Shown here in pieces: positions 37,120 to 39,824 of a stretch of 39,824 bases of DNA. The stretch lies in the NCBI GenBank assembly GCA_964470965.1, contig CAYYIS010000045.1, positions 1-39,824 of the forward strand, in the 5' to 3' direction. The notes under the pieces are model-generated. The model was given only the letters and a program-made list of their open reading frames with translations. It was not told where the DNA came from and made no database searches. The DNA is from an uncultured Gemmatimonadota bacterium. GTDB taxonomy: Bacteria; JAAXHH01; JABIQT01. Every line of letters starts with the position of its first letter. Positions within the stretch are counted from its first letter, which is position 1. The position numbers and the translations under genes are program-made.

Positions 37120-38376
37120 GTGGCCCAGAAAATGGATGTTGTTGTTATAGGTGGAGGAGCCGTCGGTGTGTGTTCTGCCTATTATCTTAATGAAGCGGGA
37201 TACGATGTAACGCTTCTAGAGCGAAGGCAGATTTGTTCCGGCAGTTCACACGGTAATGCTGGTCTGATTGTTCCCAGCCACAGCATTCCGCTCGCTGCCC
37301 CCGGGGTCGTGGCACAGGGCATCAAGTGGATGTTTGATCCTGAAAGTCCCTTTTACATAAAACCGCGGCTCGATCTCGACCTTATCTCATGGCTCTGGCG
37401 CTTCTGGTTGTGCAGTTCCGAAGGAAAGATGAGAAAAGGGATCCCGTTGATTCGAGATATGAGTTATGCAAGCCAGCAACTTTTCGATGATCTGTCAAAA
37501 CTGGAAGGGGCGGACTTTGGTCTGCACAGAAAAGGTATGCTGGATGTTTTTTACACCCAGGCCGGGTTGGATGCAGCCTGTATCGATGCCGAATTATTGG
37601 TAAAAAACGGGTTGGCTGTAGATATCCTCACCCCCGACCAGGTGAAGGATTTGGTTCCCGGTTTGGAGTTGAACACTACGGGTGCCGTCCATCATAAACG
37701 TGACGGCCATCTCAAACCTCAAAAGTTCGTGGCTGATATTTCCCAACAACTGAAACGCAACGGTGTGGATGTGCGGGAACATACTGAGGTGGTCGGCTTC
37801 GAATCCCGGGGGACATCGATCAACGCCGTGAAAACCACAAAAGGGACCTTCCATCCGAAAGAGATCGTTCTGACGGCCGGTTCATGGTCTTTTCATATGG
37901 GTGCTATGCTAAATCTTTCGCTTCCAATTCAGCCAGCCAAAGGATACAGTGTTACTGTTGAAAGACCGGACAATTGGCCGGAGATGCCCATGGTTCTGGC
38001 TGAGGCTAAAGTGGCTGTTACTCCGATGATGGATAGTCTGCGGTTTGCCGGAACGCTGGAACTGGCTGGCTTCGATGAATCGATTAACCAGAGGCGTGTC
38101 GATGCGATTCGAAACGCGGTCCCGCGGTATCTACCGGATGTGGATGTGTCCGCCCTGGAAACTGTCGAGGTGTGGCGTGGTCTGCGTCCCTGTACACCGG
38201 ACGGCCTTCCCTTTCTGGGGCGTCCTTCATCATATGAAAATCTCGTACTCGCTGCGGGACATGCCATGATCGGTGTGTCACTAAGCCCTGTTACCGGTAA
38301 ATTGGTATCTCAGCTGATAGCGGGTGAACAGCCGATGATCGAAATCAGTGCACTGCATGTAGATCGATTTAATTGA
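37120..38376 (+). CDS. FAD-dependent oxidoreductase (DAO family, D-amino-acid dehydrogenase/oxidase-like)
   Basis: DVVVIGGGAVGVCSAYYL is a GxGxxG FAD-binding motif, and the domain spans about 410 aa. The listed start is GTG at 37120. An alternative ATG (MDVVVIGGG) lies at 37132. Confidence 0.85.
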   Translation: MAQKMDVVVIGGGAVGVCSAYYLNEAGYDVTLLERRQICSGSSHGNAGLIVPSHSIPLAAPGVVAQGIKWMFDPESPFYIKPRLDLDLISWLWRFWLCSSEGKMRKGIPLIRDMSYASQQLFDDLSKLEGADFGLHRKGMLDVFYTQAGLDAACIDAELLVKNGLAVDILTPDQVKDLVPGLELNTTGAVHHKRDGHLKPQKFVADISQQLKRNGVDVREHTEVVGFESRGTSINAVKTTKGTFHPKEIVLTAGSWSFHMGAMLNLSLPIQPAKGYSVTVERPDNWPEMPMVLAEAKVAVTPMMDSLRFAGTLELAGFDESINQRRVDAIRNAVPRYLPDVDVSALETVEVWRGLRPCTPDGLPFLGRPSSYENLVLAAGHAMIGVSLSPVTGKLVSQLIAGEQPMIEISALHVDRFN

Positions 38377-38378
38377 GT

Positions 38379-39824
38379 ATGTCTTCCCAATTCAAAACGA
38401 ATAACGTTCCTCCCGGTGTCGAGAAATCTCACCACGCCCATTCCGCTGAAAACGGTAAACGGTCTTCAGGGGTTACACTTCGGTCCGTGTTGTTAGGACT
38501 GTTGATCGTAGTGACTGTGGCGACGGTCTCTCCCTACTCACAGGCGGTAATGCGCGCGTCTATCATGACGGCAGACCATTTTTCAATGGCGGTCGCGGTC
38601 CTTTTCTTCGCAATGTTCATACTGTTTAACGTAATTCTGCGAACGTTCAGGGTAGCGATGGCGCTTACACCACAGGAGCTGGTGGTCATTTTCATAATGG
38701 GCATGGTAGGTGCCGGATTCGCTACAAACGGATTCACCGCACCGTTTCTGTCAGTGATTACGTCGCCGTATTTAAATGCAACACCTGAGAATCGCTGGGC
38801 TGAATTCTTTTATGATCATATTCCGGCCTGGGCCGCCGTTCATGACACCGATAATGCGCTTACATGGTATCGAGAAGGATTGCCGGATGGGGAATCCATT
38901 CCATGGCGGGCGTGGGTGTTGCCCCTGTTCTGGTGGTTCACCATGGCGGGCACACTGGTGTTTATGTCGCTGTGCATTATGACCATCTTGAGAAAACAAT
39001 GGGTTGAGAACGAACGACTCGTGTTTCCCCTGATGCAGGTCCCACTGGCTTTTATCCAGGGGGCGGCGGAGGCACCACATTACCCCCGCTGGTTAAAGGG
39101 GAAAATGTTCTGGGTTGGGTTTTTGATTCCATTCGGCATTCTTGCCTGGAATATCGGAGGTTATTTCTCAACTGTATTGCCGCAGTTTCCATATCTCGGC
39201 GCCGGAGCCAACATTTCTTTGATTCGCGGCTATCCCGCGGTGATTGTTCAATTTTATCCATCGATCGTTGCCATAGCCTATTTCGTAAATCTTGATATAC
39301 TCGCCGGTCTTTGGTTCTTTTATCTTGTCGGAATTCTTCAGATCGGCCTGTTTAACGAGTTCGGTATCACGAGTCCGGGTTACGATAATTACAGCTCGGA
39401 ACACTCTGCTGTCGGTTGGCAGAACATGGGCGCTTTCTGCCTTCTGGTGGCCTGGGTACTCTGGCGTGCCCGCCATCATATTTTTGCAGTGCTGAAACAC
39501 ACCTTCAGGCGCAGCGATGAACTGGATGATTCGGATGAATTCCTCTCCTACCGAACAGCCATTTACGGATTAATGATCGGCGCCGTTTACAGCCTGACGT
39601 TCCTAACGCAACTGGGAATCAGCCTTCCTGTCGCGTGTGTGTTCCTCGCCATGGTTTTCATTATTTATATCGGTACCGCTCGGATTATTGCTGAAAGCGG
39701 CGTGGCTTTCGTGCGGGGACCCATGATTGCTCAAGTATTTACATTTTATTCCGTGGGGACCGAAAACATGTCCAATCAGACCATGTCGGGTATGGCTATG
39801 ACTTATGGTGCCATGGGAGAAATA
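38379..39824 (+). CDS. Large polytopic membrane protein of unknown function (partial, continues past window end)
   Basis: Hand translation from the ATG at 38379 gives an open frame of at least 482 codons with no stop to the window end. This is why it is absent from the ORF track. It starts MSSQFKTNNVPPGVEKSHHAHSAENGKRSSGVTLRSVLLGLLIVVTVATV and has at least 10 hydrophobic helices. It begins 3 nt after the oxidoreductase stop. Confidence 0.6.
   Translation, partial: MSSQFKTNNVPPGVEKSHHAHSAENGKRSSGVTLRSVLLGLLIVVTVATVSPYSQAVMRASIMTADHFSMAVAVLFFAMFILFNVILRTFRVAMALTPQELVVIFIMGMVGAGFATNGFTAPFLSVITSPYLNATPENRWAEFFYDHIPAWAAVHDTDNALTWYREGLPDGESIPWRAWVLPLFWWFTMAGTLVFMSLCIMTILRKQWVENERLVFPLMQVPLAFIQGAAEAPHYPRWLKGKMFWVGFLIPFGILAWNIGGYFSTVLPQFPYLGAGANISLIRGYPAVIVQFYPSIVAIAYFVNLDILAGLWFFYLVGILQIGLFNEFGITSPGYDNYSSEHSAVGWQNMGAFCLLVAWVLWRARHHIFAVLKHTFRRSDELDDSDEFLSYRTAIYGLMIGAVYSLTFLTQLGISLPVACVFLAMVFIIYIGTARIIAESGVAFVRGPMIAQVFTFYSVGTENMSNQTMSGMAMTYGAMGEI

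Overview
This 39.8-kb window is a gene-dense bacterial fragment, about 90% coding, with roughly mid-50s % GC by eye. Many genes have Shine-Dalgarno-like sequences (AGGAG, GGAGAGGA) upstream of their starts. GTG and TTG starts and 4-nt start/stop overlaps are frequent. I recognise no rRNA, tRNA, CRISPR array, transposase or integrase. Most genes are small-molecule catabolism and uptake. From 1 to 11503, 11 co-directional minus-strand genes carry a Gfo/Idh/MocA oxidoreductase (partial), an enolase-superfamily enzyme, an NAD-dependent epimerase/dehydratase, an Ldh_2 dehydrogenase, an ECF-transporter T component with a fused duplicated ECF ATPase but no S component, an isochorismatase-like hydrolase, an IlvD/EDD sugar-acid dehydratase, a PhyH-type dioxygenase, a D-2-hydroxyacid dehydrogenase and an LD-carboxypeptidase. 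The rest of the window holds a CaCA cation exchanger, a GNAT acetyltransferase, a cupin protein, an unusually divergent cold-shock-domain gene, a 7-repeat BNR propeller, a nitrilase-superfamily hydrolase, two RraA-like class II aldolase-type genes (one next to a second enolase-superfamily gene, one next to an HpcH aldolase), a PhyH paralog interrupted by an in-frame TAA, NudC, a YkgJ Cys-cluster protein and a 1092-aa secreted beta-rich outer-membrane protein. There is also a sulfatase / TIM-barrel isomerase / aldolase block, an SPFH protein, two tandem Zn-alcohol dehydrogenases and two tandem family-5 solute-binding proteins with no ABC permease or ATPase. The binding proteins are followed by an M20 amidohydrolase, a DadA-like FAD oxidoreductase and a large polytopic membrane protein. 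That last gene runs off the 3' end and is absent from the ORF track. The overall picture is an accessory catabolic region rich in paralog pairs, with several non-canonical arrangements worth follow-up. All functional calls are from motif and family recognition by eye, not database searches.
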